Shown here: one piece after another, positions 11,991 through 25,902 of the stretch
How the letters are laid out: each line of letters opens with the position of its first letter
Position numbering within the stretch: position 1 is the stretch's first letter
NCBI GenBank assembly: GCA_951406725.2
Contig: OX597815.1
Location: 141,236,001 to 141,300,000 of the forward strand
Length of the DNA stretch: 64,000 nt
Origin: Octopus vulgaris
Taxonomy: Eukaryota
Reading direction: 5' to 3'
Position numbers and translations under genes: made by a program
The notes under the pieces: generated by a model
What the model saw: only the letters and a program-made list of their open reading frames with translations
Told to the model about the DNA's origin: nothing
Database searches by the model: none

Positions 11991-14900
11991 TCGTCCCTTT
12001 ACAACAGGTCATAATGTGTAGATTACCGAATATTTAGTAAATTATATCTTATTGAAGAAAAATAGGAGGCAATATAAATGCCAATTTCCATCATGAATCT
12101 AATAAAAAAATTCGTTAGGTAATATTCTTGTCTATTGGACAAGAATATGATTGCACTATTTAGTTTGCATAATTTTGCTTTTATTTCTAAGGCTTTTATG
12201 CGTGTTTTAAATGTTGTGCAGGAACTCTATATAAGTCTTAGCATATTTCTTTTCTTGCATGTCTTTTTGGTGACTGATCTCTGATAAATGGTTAGTAAGG
12301 TCATTCGCATGCTGCCGCAATGTAAATATATCATACGAGTTTGTTAATGAGTTAGACTACGGTGTGAACTTTGTATACGATGATGGGAATGAAGATGAGA
12401 ACAACGACGACAAGGAGGATAATATGATGTCAGTGATGATGATGATAAGAAGGAGGAGGAGGAGGACATTTAAATACAGTGTTTTACTGCTAAAGTTTTT
12501 TGTTTTATATCCTGCTAGATGCTTGGTAGTTTTCTGTATTCTACTATTTTTATTTGTTCTTCACTTTTTTGTTTCATGTTGAGATTTATGTCTGCAGTGA
12601 GAGATTTTTCAAATATCGTCTTTCAGTTTGCCTCAGGTTTTTATGGAAGTGATTATTTCTATTGCCTGCTTGTACTTGAATGTATAACATTTCTTTTAGT
12701 GGCAAAATATCCATACCAGTAAGTTCAAAACTTAAGACGGCTTTTAGAATTATATACAGTATTTCAAAAACGGCGTGCAAAGGCAAATTCTCGAACTAAT
12801 TTATTGTCATACACTTTGTTGTGACAATAGGTGTTTGTCGTAAAATAGTAAATATAAGTTTTCCACAGTCAGATGGGGTCTCATAAATGCATAAATCTTC
12901 ACAACGTTATAGAAATAAATGCGCAGTTGTAATAACTTTACTCATATCCATCTAAAGATAAGGTAAACCTGAACTAGTTAAAACAAACCTGAATGGGTTA
13001 AAACAAAATTTTTGTGAATCTTGTGGCACAAATCCAGCCATCATACGGAAAGAAACCTTATATTTATGTTGTCTATCAAGTCCACTTCAATATCGTATCA
13101 CAAACAGAGTTAGGTTTGGTATAATAATATACAGAGGTGAATCCTAGTGATTCAACAAAATTTGTTGTAATATAATTGTATTTCTTATAACGTAGAGGGA
13201 CCCAAGCCAAAAGAAAACTAGTATGAATCCTGAAAGTGAGGTAAACCACCAGGTTAATAATTGCAGTGCTGCGTATGAAAAGAAATAATATAATTGCAGT
13301 AAATTGGTAATTTCTCTTCACTCTGTGAAGCGAAGTCATTGTGTTCTGGAATATATCCATGAGTTTGAAATCAGGAAATGGTTTAGATATGAAATACAAG
13401 CTTTAAATTTGTGTTGATTTAATTGGAAATTGAATGGCACATATTTGAAATAAATTTGGACACTAATACTCCGACATTCAGGTTCCAATACTCACAAAGA
13501 TATGATTAGTCATCATCCTCATCAAACTTATGATTGTCAACACACAATGGGTCAGACCTATGTGGATGAAACATTACAAGTGGACATTGGATTTTAAAAC
13601 GACAGTGCTTAAGAGCACTTGTTACGGAAGTTCAATATATAGACATTCATTTTATCATGTTTCTAAAAACAGTAACAAAATTCTATGATGCAAGACATTT
13701 GTCATTCGTACAGGTAAAGAAAAATATTATTCCGAATGATTATCGCCATTGTATAATGTCGTAGAGAATGAACGCAATAATCTTGAAATAATGAGAATTA
13801 TAAATCTTAGTCACAATGAAGATGTCGACAAACCATTACCAAGAAAAATCCGTATCATTCACATACAAGGAACTACCTAGCGTGAAGTTACTGTTTGTTC
13901 CCTTAAATAACTTTATATGTGCATACTGGAAGATCAACTTGGAAAATGATTATTGTATGATACTGAATGCGGTGACTATGGTATTCAATGATTTATACTA
14001 AGTGAACAGATTTGAGACGGATTCTCAAAAATAACTTCTAGTTTTCAACACTGTATTGTGTCTATATTATAAATAAATACTTTACTAATTGTCTCTCAGA
14101 AAGAGGAACTCTTATTTTCAGCGGTCAATACCAAGGTATTGAAAAGTTGTGCTTTAATCATATTCATGCTGAATATTTAACTGACAGGAAGTGCTCAAAT
14201 CATCAGAGACATCCAACCGATTATCGATGCAAAATAGAAACAAGAAACTGAAAATTATTTGAAGCTGATGCACCGCTCATTACCAAAATTTGCAAATACG
14301 CATCAGTGCATCCTGGCTTAAAATGAAAATTTTTAGATCTGACACAATAAAAACATGCAAGTAGTGAAATCACGTACTTATATAGTGTTCTGGAAACATT
14401 TTCTATCAAATGTAAAACAATTGTCATTGCTAATGCTCGAAGGTACATATGTTACTGAGGAGCAAAATTGAACATGAAGCTTATGCCGTGAAACGATATG
14501 TTCGGAGAAGGAACCGTTATCATAGAAATTTAAAGATATGGAATGTTTCCAGTGAATTTCTTAGTGAAAAATAAAATTTATCTCTATATTATTGCAAAAT
14601 GATTTCAAAATCTTTTCACCTACCCATTTCTATCGCTCCTCCTAGTAGAAATAAATTCATATCAGTTTGATACAGTCTTTTCCAAATTCGTTTTAATTCT
14701 TAAAGCCATAGTGATGAATTACGTTTTGCTGATGATGTGAATAATGCATAGATCAAAACTACTTTTACAACATGTACTATATATATTGTTGCAAAAAATC
14801 GTTTTACAGGAAAAAGCTGGTTTAAATAATATTTTTTTAAAACCATGCTATTTTGGTGATTCACAGTAATTTTGTAGAATTACGTCACAAAATCTTAATG

Positions 14901-15414
14901 GTCGATCGACGTTTGAACTTCAAAATTATTGTATACACAGCAGCAGTATTTTATGTCACCTTCCAGGATATGTTGTACCGAGATGCACATATGATAAATT
15001 TCTTGAATATATGTCGTGCAGTGTCGATGATGGTGATTTAGTGCTGTTGAATTCTAAAACGCTCCGTGCTGGTTCTTAGGGAATTTCATATTTTTTTGAT
15101 GTTTAGAAGGCTTCAAAAATATTTTTTTAAAAATTTCGTTGCTTCTCATATATACCAGTGTGTTATAATAATAGGTTCATGACCCGAAGAATGTTGGAGA
15201 AATTGCTCGCTACGTGGTCGTGTTAGTTTGGGTGTCAGAGAGTGCTTAGAACATAAAAACAGTACATTATTTTATCATTTTGTTAGATGCATTTCTGTAT
15301 TATTTAGAAATAACGATGTGCGAATATATTAAAATATTCTGCATGAGTAATAAAATGTTTCTAGTTCAAATGCGTAAATTGGTATGACTCTCAATGATGT
15401 CTGTGACAGTGTAT

Positions 15415-15449
<35 letters not shown>

Positions 15450-15897
15450 CACATATATGTATGTATGTGTGTGTGAGTGCATACATAAGGGAAATTTATG
15501 GAAGTTAAAATAAGGTTTATGACATCAACCAAATTGTAAAGACGAAATTTTAAAGTCGTTGCTTTAACTGAGATACTGTCAGTAACATTAACCGTGTCAC
15601 GCTATTAGACCGCGAGCTCGGAAAGAATTTAGCAGTATCAGCGCTACCAGTGTTTAGGTATAAGCGAATTTGAGGTTAGTTAGACTAGGTTTGTGACATA
15701 TTTCAACTTCACTTACAGTAAGTAGAGAGTAAAATTTCTTTTATGGTAAAAGTGCTGTCCCCTATCAAATTCCCGCTTCCAGCTCTTTAGCTCTTATTAT
15801 TACTAGGAAATACCGAAGACAGATAACTCTTAGGCAGAATTTTAAACCCAACATGTTCAACAACATTGACTGATTTGCGGTATTAGAGTGGTCTAAT

Positions 15898-16080
15898 ATA
15901 CATACATACATACATACATACATACATACATACATACATGCATGCATACATACATACATACATACATACATACATACATACATACATACATACATACATA
16001 CATACATACATACATACATACATACATACATACACGTATACATACATACATACATACATACATACATACATACATACATA
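15898..16080. repeat. (CATA)n microsatellite
   Basis: Direct reading. Confidence 0.98.
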
Positions 16081-16854
16081 ATATATCCAGATAATAATAT
16101 ATATCCAGGTACGAGCAGTTCTAGTTTAATCCAAGTTCTGGCTAACTGCAATGTTATGGAATACCTGAAACTTTTTAAAGTACACACTCCCAATGTATTT
16201 CACTTAATAGTTAAGCACTTACATAATTGGAAATAAGAAATGCAAGTTATACCTTCAGGAAATATTCCAATTTTCAAATCTCAATACCTATTATTAAATA
16301 ATAAACAGGAATTAAGCCGAAAATGTGAAAAAAAAAATAACACAAAAAGACATTCAAATATTTGCCCAGAAAAGATATATAATTAATTAATTAAATATCA
16401 TTAATAGGTTGGCGTTACTAAGAGTTCACATGGGGAATATTAGTATAATAACCGCTTTGCTTTATATTCTATTAGTAACTCATAATCCCACTCTAATTGT
16501 TCTTGATTATTTTACTTACCTTCTGCTTTGGGCTTCTTAATTTCTATAATTTTCTACTGATTTCTTAAGCGATTCCTATATCGACTCGATGTGGAGTTCT
16601 CCAAAAAAGTATTATCGATCGTGTGTAATAATTCACGCATGAAATACTACACAAACAGATATTGTTTGGTTTGTGGTGACCCTTTCGTTCTTTTCGAAAA
16701 TGGAACAATCACACGCATCCACCACATTCAGCAACATAACGACAAAAGACAGAATAAGAGAAGAAGAAAAGGGCAAGGAGAAAAACCGTATAATACGAGG
16801 GGTTGCTGAAATGTTCATGGCTTTGGGTAAAAGAAAATAGAGGAGGATCAAATA

Positions 16855-17335
16855 ATTATGATTTTATTCAATTTATTCCTCTCTCTGAATCACACACATA
16901 TTGCAGCGTTCCTTCAGTTTTTCTAAGCCCTTTACAAAGAACACCGAATGTTGGGTCTCCAACTAGTTCCCTGTAACAGCAATCACGTCCCGAGTCAGAG
17001 CGAAATGTTCATGTGTTTCTTCAGTTGAGAAAGAGTTGATAGTCGGAGGGGACCAGGTCAGAAGAGTAAGGTTGGCGGTCTACCAAAATCGCGTATCTCC
17101 CGTAAAATGTCAAATGTTGTGTGTGCTCGTGCGACCCTTTGGCAACTGTTTTAACAGATATCTGGCTTTGACCCAAATGACTGATGCTAAAATATTTCCA
17201 GCTGATTTCTAGATCAGAAACTTCAGGAGATGCAGTGAATCACTGTGGCGCTACTCAACTGTAAACAACCTGGTTTGGGGATCATAATGACGAATCGAAG
17301 TTTAATCCATAGTGATTAACCAGCAATAAACTCAG
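16855..17335 (-). mobile_element. Decayed mariner (DD34D-type) transposase remnant
   Basis: Minus strand, in order: LITMD*TSIRHYDPQT (=ITGDETW.HHYDPET), KSAGNILASVIW (=SAGKVMASVFW), PYSSDLVPSDYQLF (=PYSPDLAPSDYHLF), GLRKLKERCNMCV. Confidence 0.85.
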
Positions 17336-17971
17336 CCTATCCTACTGCAAACTGAACCAAATTTAAATCACTATACAGTTTGTAGCCGTGTCCTTTATTT
17401 AAGATTTTCCCCCATTTATTTAATTATTTATTTCTCTATTTCCCTTTTATGAAGATAATTGAAAAAGAAAATGAAATTAAATGAAAAAGGAGAAACTGAA
17501 ATCAACAGCATCAACGAAAAAGTAAAACGCTAGCTGAAGGTCATAGGTACAAACAGTACAGAAGCAAACAGATACATACACCGCCCCACACACACACTCT
17601 CATACACAAACCACGCATATAAAACAAATAGAGACGTGCAAGCACATGCATACGCGCAGACACTTACGCACATGCACACACACACATGCAGACTCAAAAT
17701 CATGCGCAGATAAGGATACACACTATAAAAAGTTTAAAAGGCCTAGACAGAATAGGAGAAGTCACGTGGAATGGAAAGTCGCTGAAAAGGTCACAGGATG
17801 TGTGACTAAAGATTTCTGACAAAGGAGACTAAAGGAAATACAATAATAAAGCTGAAAGGAAGAACGAATATATACTGTTTATTTGAGGAAAAAAATTACA
17901 ATATGTTTCAACACACGATCTTACATCGGGAATCTTGCAAAACGAATAATAAATGTGTGGGCTTGTATGCA

Positions 17972-18018
<47 letters not shown>

Positions 18019-18237
18019 GGGTGTGATTGTGTGTGTATACGTATATATCTTTGAATATATATATATATATATATATATATGCGTATGAATACATATATGC
18101 ATATGTACGTTGTCCACGAAACATTTGACATATATATATGTCCTCGCGTTGTTATGTTTTTTGTGCTTTCTTATTTGGATTAACTTTATATATATACATA
18201 GATACATATATATATATATATATTTACGTATATATAC

Positions 18238-18270
<33 letters not shown>

Positions 18271-19451
18271 GTATATATATACGCATGCTTACTGGATACC
18301 AAATACATGAATGCCAGGAGCCATTCATTTAAAACTATTCTAAATCATCTATGTAAATATACTTAAAACGTACTTATTATTTTCTAGTGCAGAATCTTTC
18401 GATTTGGGTGTCTGTTTACAAAAAAATATTTTTCATGAATGGAATATGTATTTCTAAATAGATTTCGAGCACCCTGTGATACTGGGAACGGCAATAACAA
18501 TAACACTTGATTTTTATCTTTTCTATTGTGTTCTGTTACTCTCATTGTCAAAACATGACGTTTTCGACTTTATTTGCAAATGATATTGTTTGGTCACGTT
18601 AGGGCGAGTAGATGGAACATTTTTGAAAACATTTACATGTATAATTCTATTGGAGCTTAGTTTTGTAGATTCATTCAAACGTTTACATATTTGTTCATGT
18701 AAGAAGTATTCACATTATCCAGTAATCATGGTTCCACATGTTGTTTTTAAAATCTGCCCATCCCATATTTTTCAGTTATTTACTGTTATCTGCCTGTTGT
18801 GAAAGGTATATCCTAGTTCACCTGATTCGGTAGAAAACTCTTGTATCACAGTAGAATGTGAATATAAGAGAGATTTCTCAACCATTCCTGATACGTCGAT
18901 CAATCAAATAGATCCTCAGTCATTGATGTAAACACATATATATCAGGTTCGGGTTCTTTGAGTTTAATCAGTATTTAATCCATTACATTATATTCCAGAA
19001 ATTTGGTGACAAAAATGAAAATACTAAATTACAAAGAAGTATCTACATTGCTTGTATTTAGCGATTTGTCTCTGTATCTTATAGACAAAGAAACTTTCAT
19101 ATCTTTACTATAAAATGGTAAACAATAAAGTATGATGTTGGTTAGGATCAAAATATTCTTTTATAATTCTAATGCCATACTAATCACAGTAATTAGCGAT
19201 GGCCTGGTTATTTCTAATGTCAAAATTAGGGAAAAAATGATAAATGCTTTTCAAAGAGGGAACTCGAAGGCGATAAGCCTATATATAATAGATTGAAATT
19301 AGTAGGATATAATACCTTGGATGGAAGATTTGAAGCTTGCTTGTAGCGTAGAAACCAGCATCCTCTCTAAATATGACAGACGTTCTTTTTTGTATTAGAG
19401 ATGTGTCAGACATCCCCCAGTGCAAACAAACACAGAGCTAATACATTCTCA

Positions 19452-19633
19452 TATTGCGGCACAAAGCGAGCCCGAAGATTTACGCGGTGATATTGAAGTC
19501 AAGACCTAGCGTTAGAGAGGCGAACGTATTAAAAACATAAGTATAATACTGCCTAGGCGACATCCTTTCCTTTGACAAATGGACATGCTGCTGAAGCTGT
19601 TGCTGCTGCTGATAATGCTACTATTGCTGCTGC
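19452..19633. repeat. Copy 1 of a ~170-bp local direct duplication (reverse SINE-head remnant plus flank)
   Basis: Aligns with 20672-20840. Confidence 0.85.
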
Positions 19634-20671
19634 GACAAGACTGTAGCAAGTAATTGGAGAGGCGTGACTTATTTTACTGTAAAAATATTCCACGTATCTG
19701 ATAAAAACAATAACTGTAATTAATAATGTTTTTCTACTTTTTGTTTATGACTCCACAATGAGGAGTTATTTAATGGATTCGCTGTAACAAAAAAGCCCTT
19801 CCTGACCGACCTCTAATATGTTTGAATGTTAAGAGATTCCAAATCTCTTACTTCCTATTAACTTGCCCTCGAAACGTTCACGCTCGTTTTAAAGAATATC
19901 TATAAGTATGTAAACAACCATAGACTTACTATGTTCACGGAAGAAAAAGTAAGGATTTAAATTCAGGAAGGTTGGTTTTACATAGCTTTTATATGCTTGT
20001 ATTTGTAAGAAGTAATGCAAGCATTACAACTTAGACGGTTTCGGATTCCTACTGCCTGGCAAATTCAAGCAGGATTTTTCCAGTATAGTTCTGGTGTGAA
20101 ATATGTGTTACGAAAATTGCCTGGGTGCCTATTGGAGAGACCGTTTTTGATCGAAGCTAGAAAATGTCAATCGATCGGTGTAATTCTGGAACACAACGTT
20201 ATTTACTGGAATTTTCTCCGTAACAACTATTCAGGGAGAAATCTTATTTGGAGAGAAATCCATTCTCCAAAATATGGAAAGCCCTGAAATGTTACACGAC
20301 TACTATTACCCTTTGAATAAATCAAGCTATGATCTGTGCAATCGAAAAATAGGTTTCATTACAAGGCTGATTCACAAGAGCATTTTAATGTTATATTCTA
20401 CATTTTACCCTGATGGAAAACTTAGACGTCAGATCAAGGGCTCTTCTGCAATTATCTAATCTTTTAAATACAAGTAAACGTCCTAATATTTATATATTAA
20501 CGAGCCCATCGTCTGAAACACTTCTCTTACGTTAGTGGCAAAATATTCTCGCCGAGTGAAATGCGTCGTTGTAACAGGCTATCCAATATCAAACTCAGCC
20601 TATCATATGTGTGAGTTTCTACTGCTTAGCGTGCGCATGTGTGTGTATTAGGTGCTTTGAAATATAAGAGA

Positions 20672-20855
20672 ATATGCGGCACAAACAAAGCCGAAAGTTT
20701 TACGCAGTGATATTGAATTCAAGACATAGATTTTGAGAAGCGAACGTATTAAACACATAAGTATAATACTGCTTAGACGACATCCTTTCATTTGACAAAT
20801 GGACATGTTGCTGTAACTGTTGCTGCTGCTGCAGTTACTACTACTACTACTACTG

Positions 20856-20932
<77 letters not shown>
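20672..20932. repeat. Copy 2 of the duplication, running into an expanded (ACT)n microsatellite
   Basis: tgcggcacaaa...gcgaacgtattaaa.acataagtata...gacatcctttc.tttgacaaatggacatg shared with 19452-19633; (ACT)n at ~20836-20932. Confidence 0.85.
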
Positions 20933-20933
<1 letters not shown>

Positions 20934-21165
20934 TCATTACAGTACTATCCATATATTTATTTCAGCTACGAAGTCTGATGTTAGTGCATTTTGGAAAAAA
21001 GGGCGTGGGTTTCTCAAAGATTTTGCAATGACAGTACAGAAGCAATTAAATGCTTATTGCACACTTTCTAGTGCAACTAATATATATTTTGAATCTACAC
21101 GCAGTACTTTACAAGTACACATATAACAGCATATATTCAACATGCAATGGAAAATTTCAAGAGTG

Positions 21166-21227
<62 letters not shown>

Positions 21228-21409
21228 TATATAAACACATTCATGCGTGTATAAGTGCCACAAATATACCGTAACGTAATTACTAGCAACCACTGAGCCA
21301 ATTAATTACATGCATATAATACACACACGTATATCAGTACACAAGCTCACACACATATTCACACACACAGATACGATTATAGAGAGAGAAGGGCAAACGT
21401 GATTGATAG

Positions 21410-21410
21410 T

Positions 21411-21442
<32 letters not shown>

Positions 21443-21536
21443 TAAATAGATAGATAGATAAATAGATAGATATAGATTTATAGTTATATAGATAGATATA
21501 TAGATAGATAGATAGATATATTTATAGTTAGATAGG

Positions 21537-21606
<70 letters not shown>

Positions 21607-21652
21607 CATACATACATACATACATACATACATACATACATACATACATACA
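21410..21652. repeat. Compound (GATA)n/(GACA)n/(CATA)n microsatellite
   Basis: Direct reading. Confidence 0.97.
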
Positions 21653-21935
21653 TACCTTTCTTTATTGACCACACAGGGCTGAACACAGAGGGGACAAATA
21701 CAAATGTAGAGCTTTTCTTTTCGAAAAAGAAAAACAAAAAGGAAAAAAAGGAACAAATGTAAAATTCCGATCAAAACGGGGTCGGAAAAAAAGCGATCAA
21801 AATGGATCGTGTATCACAGAAATTTGTAAAAAGTAAGAAACAAGATTAGGTTTATCCGTGGAAAGAAAAGCATACGGAAAAGACCATGGCACCTCGGGCA
21901 GGGAACAAATAAACACATGAGAGCAAAGTGCTCTC

Positions 21936-21980
<45 letters not shown>

Positions 21981-23005
21981 TTACTATTCACAGGATCATG
22001 CTGAAAGTGGTTTGGTCACTCGCACGCACCATCTTTACTAGATTCACCCACCTATTTTTAAACTTTCAGGAGACAAACCTGCCTCTCCATTCTCCTCTTC
22101 CTTTTCATGTGGTGCATGAAAAAGTTGATGAGCGATTGGCCAGAGAGGTAACGGTTTGTCTCTAATCCTTTCGCTCGAGTCCACTACACACATTCTTTGA
22201 CAATGGCCACCAGTACGATGAAGACTGCTTTGCCTTCCAGGTTGAGGAAAAGTAGCTGAGCAATTCGGATGATAAACTCGGCCGACAGGCGGACTCGTCC
22301 CCCACGTGACAGCAACCGTTCGGCATAATCTTACAAGTCTGAAATGGTTGGACACTGTACGAGTTCGTGGAGAACGGTTTCGTCGCTCTGACCGCATCTC
22401 GAGAAAGTCGGTCCAATATGTCTCGAACCGTGCCTGTAGAGTTTATCTCGAACAGGTAATGCTTCTCGATAGCACTGCCAGGCCAGGGATCTTTGGTAAT
22501 GGTCCATAGGTCTCGTCCCGAAAGTTGTCCTGTACAGGCGACTAGGTGTTCCTCATAGACGTCCAGATTCTGCCCGAGAAGGACGTCACACATCCCTTCC
22601 ACTAATCCTCTATGGAACGCCTTTGTTATAATGAAGTCGCACAAGTTTGGTCCCGGATGGCAGAGTTGATTGACAGCAACGCGACACTCGTGGTGCCATT
22701 CGCCATTCCTCGGTCTCTGTTTGAGCCAGGACTGCAGTTCGGCCAAGGAGACGAGCTGCGGGAAAGCGTGTCGCACAAAAGGAGACCACACCTGTTCACT
22801 GTCGTCGATGAAGCGATGGAGATATCGCAGTCACATCATGTCTCCGCACCATCAACCATGGCATAATTATCCCTCCATTTAGCGGGTGCTGACAGCAAAT
22901 GGATCGCCCAATCATCGGAACGCTTCACTTCCACAGGAAGCGGAAGAATATGCATTCATATTTCGTGATGGTAGGGTAGGGACAAGGCACGACGGTCAGA
23001 CGATA
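21653..23005 (-). mobile_element. 5'-truncated L1/Tx1-clade LINE: ORF2 C-terminus (zf-RVT/CCHC region) plus 3' UTR
   Basis: YRLTVVPCP..FFRFLWK...CQHPLNGG..MPWL; WSPFVRHAFPQL; SLAWQCYREALPVRDKL; RCGQSDETVLH; ECVWTRAKGL; frameshifted; 3' end ...gtggtcaataaagaaag followed by (TATG)n. Confidence 0.93.
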
Positions 23006-23034
23006 GATAGATAGATAGATACATAATAGACATG

Positions 23035-23130
<96 letters not shown>
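23003..23130. repeat. (GATA)n microsatellite
   Basis: Direct reading. Confidence 0.97.
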
Positions 23131-23131
<1 letters not shown>

Positions 23132-24699
23132 GGTGAGAAACTGAGACAGACAGAGAGATGAATTGCGAGAGGGTAAAGGAGATATAATGAAATTAAGATT
23201 CTGTTATTAAACGAATAATAGTGACATGCTGAGACGTGTGAAATTTTGCAGAAATAAGCTGACAGAAATGAAATGCTGCTCGCTAAGATAATTTCGACAA
23301 AGAAAAACTTCATGATTCGTGGGAATTATGTAAACCAGAAGTTCCATTTTCAATTTAACTCTCTTTAAAATATTTCTGAAGAAATTGTTTCTGAATAACA
23401 TATTAGCGCCGCAGACACAACGCTGTAAACATGTGTATTTATGTGCATACATCAGAGCGTCTTTGCAACGCACACATCAGCACAATTAAAGATGATGTGT
23501 ACATGGTATGCTAACATTTGCTACAAATTATAAATATAAATTCAATTAGACGCACATATAAGAACACACACTCACGCACGCACTTATAAACACATACACG
23601 CACACACGTACACACACATTCACACACGCACACATACACACACATACGGAATCTATAGAATATAAGGACATCAGCACGTAGGACGCCAGAAATAGTTACG
23701 TATGAAAAAATAGATGTTACAACGAGGTAAGGGATCAAATGTTGGGAGGATACTATAAGGTACTATAGGGTACCGCTGGGCAAAATACCTGCCCAAAATT
23801 TTACCTTAAAACAGTGGATTATATGTTATGACGTAATCAATGAATTCATTAATAAAATTCTTCTATAGCATCTTCTGCAACCTTTAAAGCAATGTGTGTA
23901 CTATATATATATATATATACATGTAACTTTAAATGCATATACGTGTGTGCGTGTGTATAAATACATTCATATATTTGTGTGTATGCGTGTGTGCATGCGC
24001 TCGCGTCCGCGTGTGTGTGGATACCTAGTTATGCATTCATTAAATATAGAATAATTAATCTACTACAGCTTATAGCATAACTCTTGCAGTCATTCTACTG
24101 TTCAATACGCCCAAAGCTGTACTTACGAACTTCCGCAAAGATTTAATTTTCTGTTGCACCCAACCAATTATATAGAAGAGGAATCCGTGTATGCCAGCTC
24201 GCTTCTGGAGATCCTCCAGTGTGTGTGATGACAAAACTGTCTATAAGTCAAGGCAATACGAATTAGCATATAATCATCCGACCGATTGTTGCATTCAAGA
24301 CCTCTCTATCTTTGTTAATACAGAGTAATAAAAGCAGAAGTCGAAGGTCTAAGACTACATACGCCCGGACTCATTAACATCGAATATTTTTGCATACATA
24401 TATTAATGCATTTCCACTTCTAGGCGTAAAATATCTTTATAAAAATAAATATTATTAGGAGCTAACATAATTTCAAATATCACTTCCAATAGTCTTCCCA
24501 TCACAAACACTGGTATAGTTATCGCATTTAGCAGTACGCAACATGGTAATATCTCTCTCTCTCTTTCTCTCTCTCTCTCTCCCTCTATCTTTCTATCTAT
24601 CCATCTATCTAGCTAGGTAGCTGACTGTCTTTATATCTGTCTGTCTGAAATTATGGAAGAGAGGGCAAGTTGAGTATATCATCCCCAGTATTCAGCAAT

Positions 24700-25592
24700 A
24701 CATAGAAATCTCGTGGTAGGCAAGTGTTATATGATATTCACTGAGTTATATGATATTCACTGGGAAACTGTAGCCAACAAAGACGGAAAGGAAGAACCAG
24801 CTGGTCTATTTGGGAGGGGTTTCGGGCCTATTACAACTATGGATAACTTCTAGGAATCCCTGGCCTAGCAGTGCTACCGAGTTCTGCCAGCTCTAGACTT
24901 CTTGGGAGGACCGGAATGGCCGTCAAGCAGGACTGTCCGAAACGCGCTCAGAGCGATGAAACTGTTTGAGTTGTGGAACTATGTTGAACGGCTGTTATCA
25001 TCTGTGAGACAAATACGACTACTGACAGAATACTTCGCGAGGATCGTTCTACAACCCACCTTTAATAAGGCAGGGCAGGCGCTGTTCCTCTATCGAGTGG
25101 CTATGGTGAAAGAGGTCGTGTGCTGGACGAGACTGAAAGGATTAAGGAAAGACGCTTTCCCCTTCGGTCAAGCTCTCATTGACTTTTCAAGTTCCACTTG
25201 GAGAGGGAAGTTATGGTGGAAAATGAAGTACTACCTCCCAGTGAATTTGTGAAAAGCTGGATAATTGTGGCAAAAAATAGTTAGACTAAATGTTACTCCA
25301 AATATGGGCCTGTAGATTGGAAAGCAGGAAAGAGAGAGAGAGAAAGAGAGAGGGAGAGAAGGAACTCGTACAATCTTCATCTGTCAGTTTCCTTGATTGG
25401 ACATAGTTGGGGTTTCTCCTGTATCTGGGACTGCATCATTCATGTTATCACATACTGTGTATATTCTGTATACTTTTACTGCATTTCATTGTCTCTTCAA
25501 TTTTCTTCTCTCCTTAATGAAAATCCCCACACTTATTATTGTCTGCCCATTTGATGCCCACTACATCTATACTCCTGTGGCTAATAACAGAA
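24700..25592 (+). mobile_element. 5'-truncated, internally deleted L1/Tx1-clade LINE 3' end
   Basis: MDNF*ESLA*QCYR, CPKRAQSDETV, LWNYVERLLS..VAMVKEVVCWTRLKGL..GQALIDF; homologous to 21653-23005; tail cctgtggctaataacagaaatt followed by (ATT)n. Confidence 0.9.
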
Positions 25593-25652
<60 letters not shown>

Positions 25653-25690
25653 GTTGTTGTTGTTGTTGTTATTATTATTATCATCATTAT
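25593..25690. repeat. (ATT)n/(GTT)n microsatellite
   Basis: Direct reading. Confidence 0.97.
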
Positions 25691-25724
25691 GTTTGATTTA
25701 AGCACAAGGACAAGAAGTCTGAGG

Positions 25725-25902
25725 TAAGCTCATTATTTGATACCACCGACATAATTATTTGAAGGGTGCATCAATTTATCGGTTCCAGTGAGATTAAAAC
25801 CAAAGTTCGCCGAAGCAGAATTTGAATTAAAGAAGTAAAGAACCGGAATAAATGACTTAAAACGTTTTCCAGAGCTTCTAACGATTTGTAGGTATGCCGT
25901 CA
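25725..25902 (-). mobile_element. Degenerate family-B SINE
   Basis: Reverse complement resembles 9939-10090 (gaatttgaa B box, aatttatcg...aaaaccaaagttcg core). Confidence 0.6.

Noticed and set aside
15765-16193. ORFs with YVCM, IYIY, LSIY, HTHT or poly-I/N/T runs (here and throughout)
   Set aside because: They are translations of stop-free microsatellites, not proteins.
20015-20459. Two abutting ORFs (90 and 61 aa) as a gene
   Set aside because: No recognisable family and no clear splice signals; left unassigned.
22162-22791. 209-aa ORF as a host gene
   Set aside because: It is a frameshifted piece of Tx1 LINE ORF2, homologous to 24902-25252 and 39416-39859.
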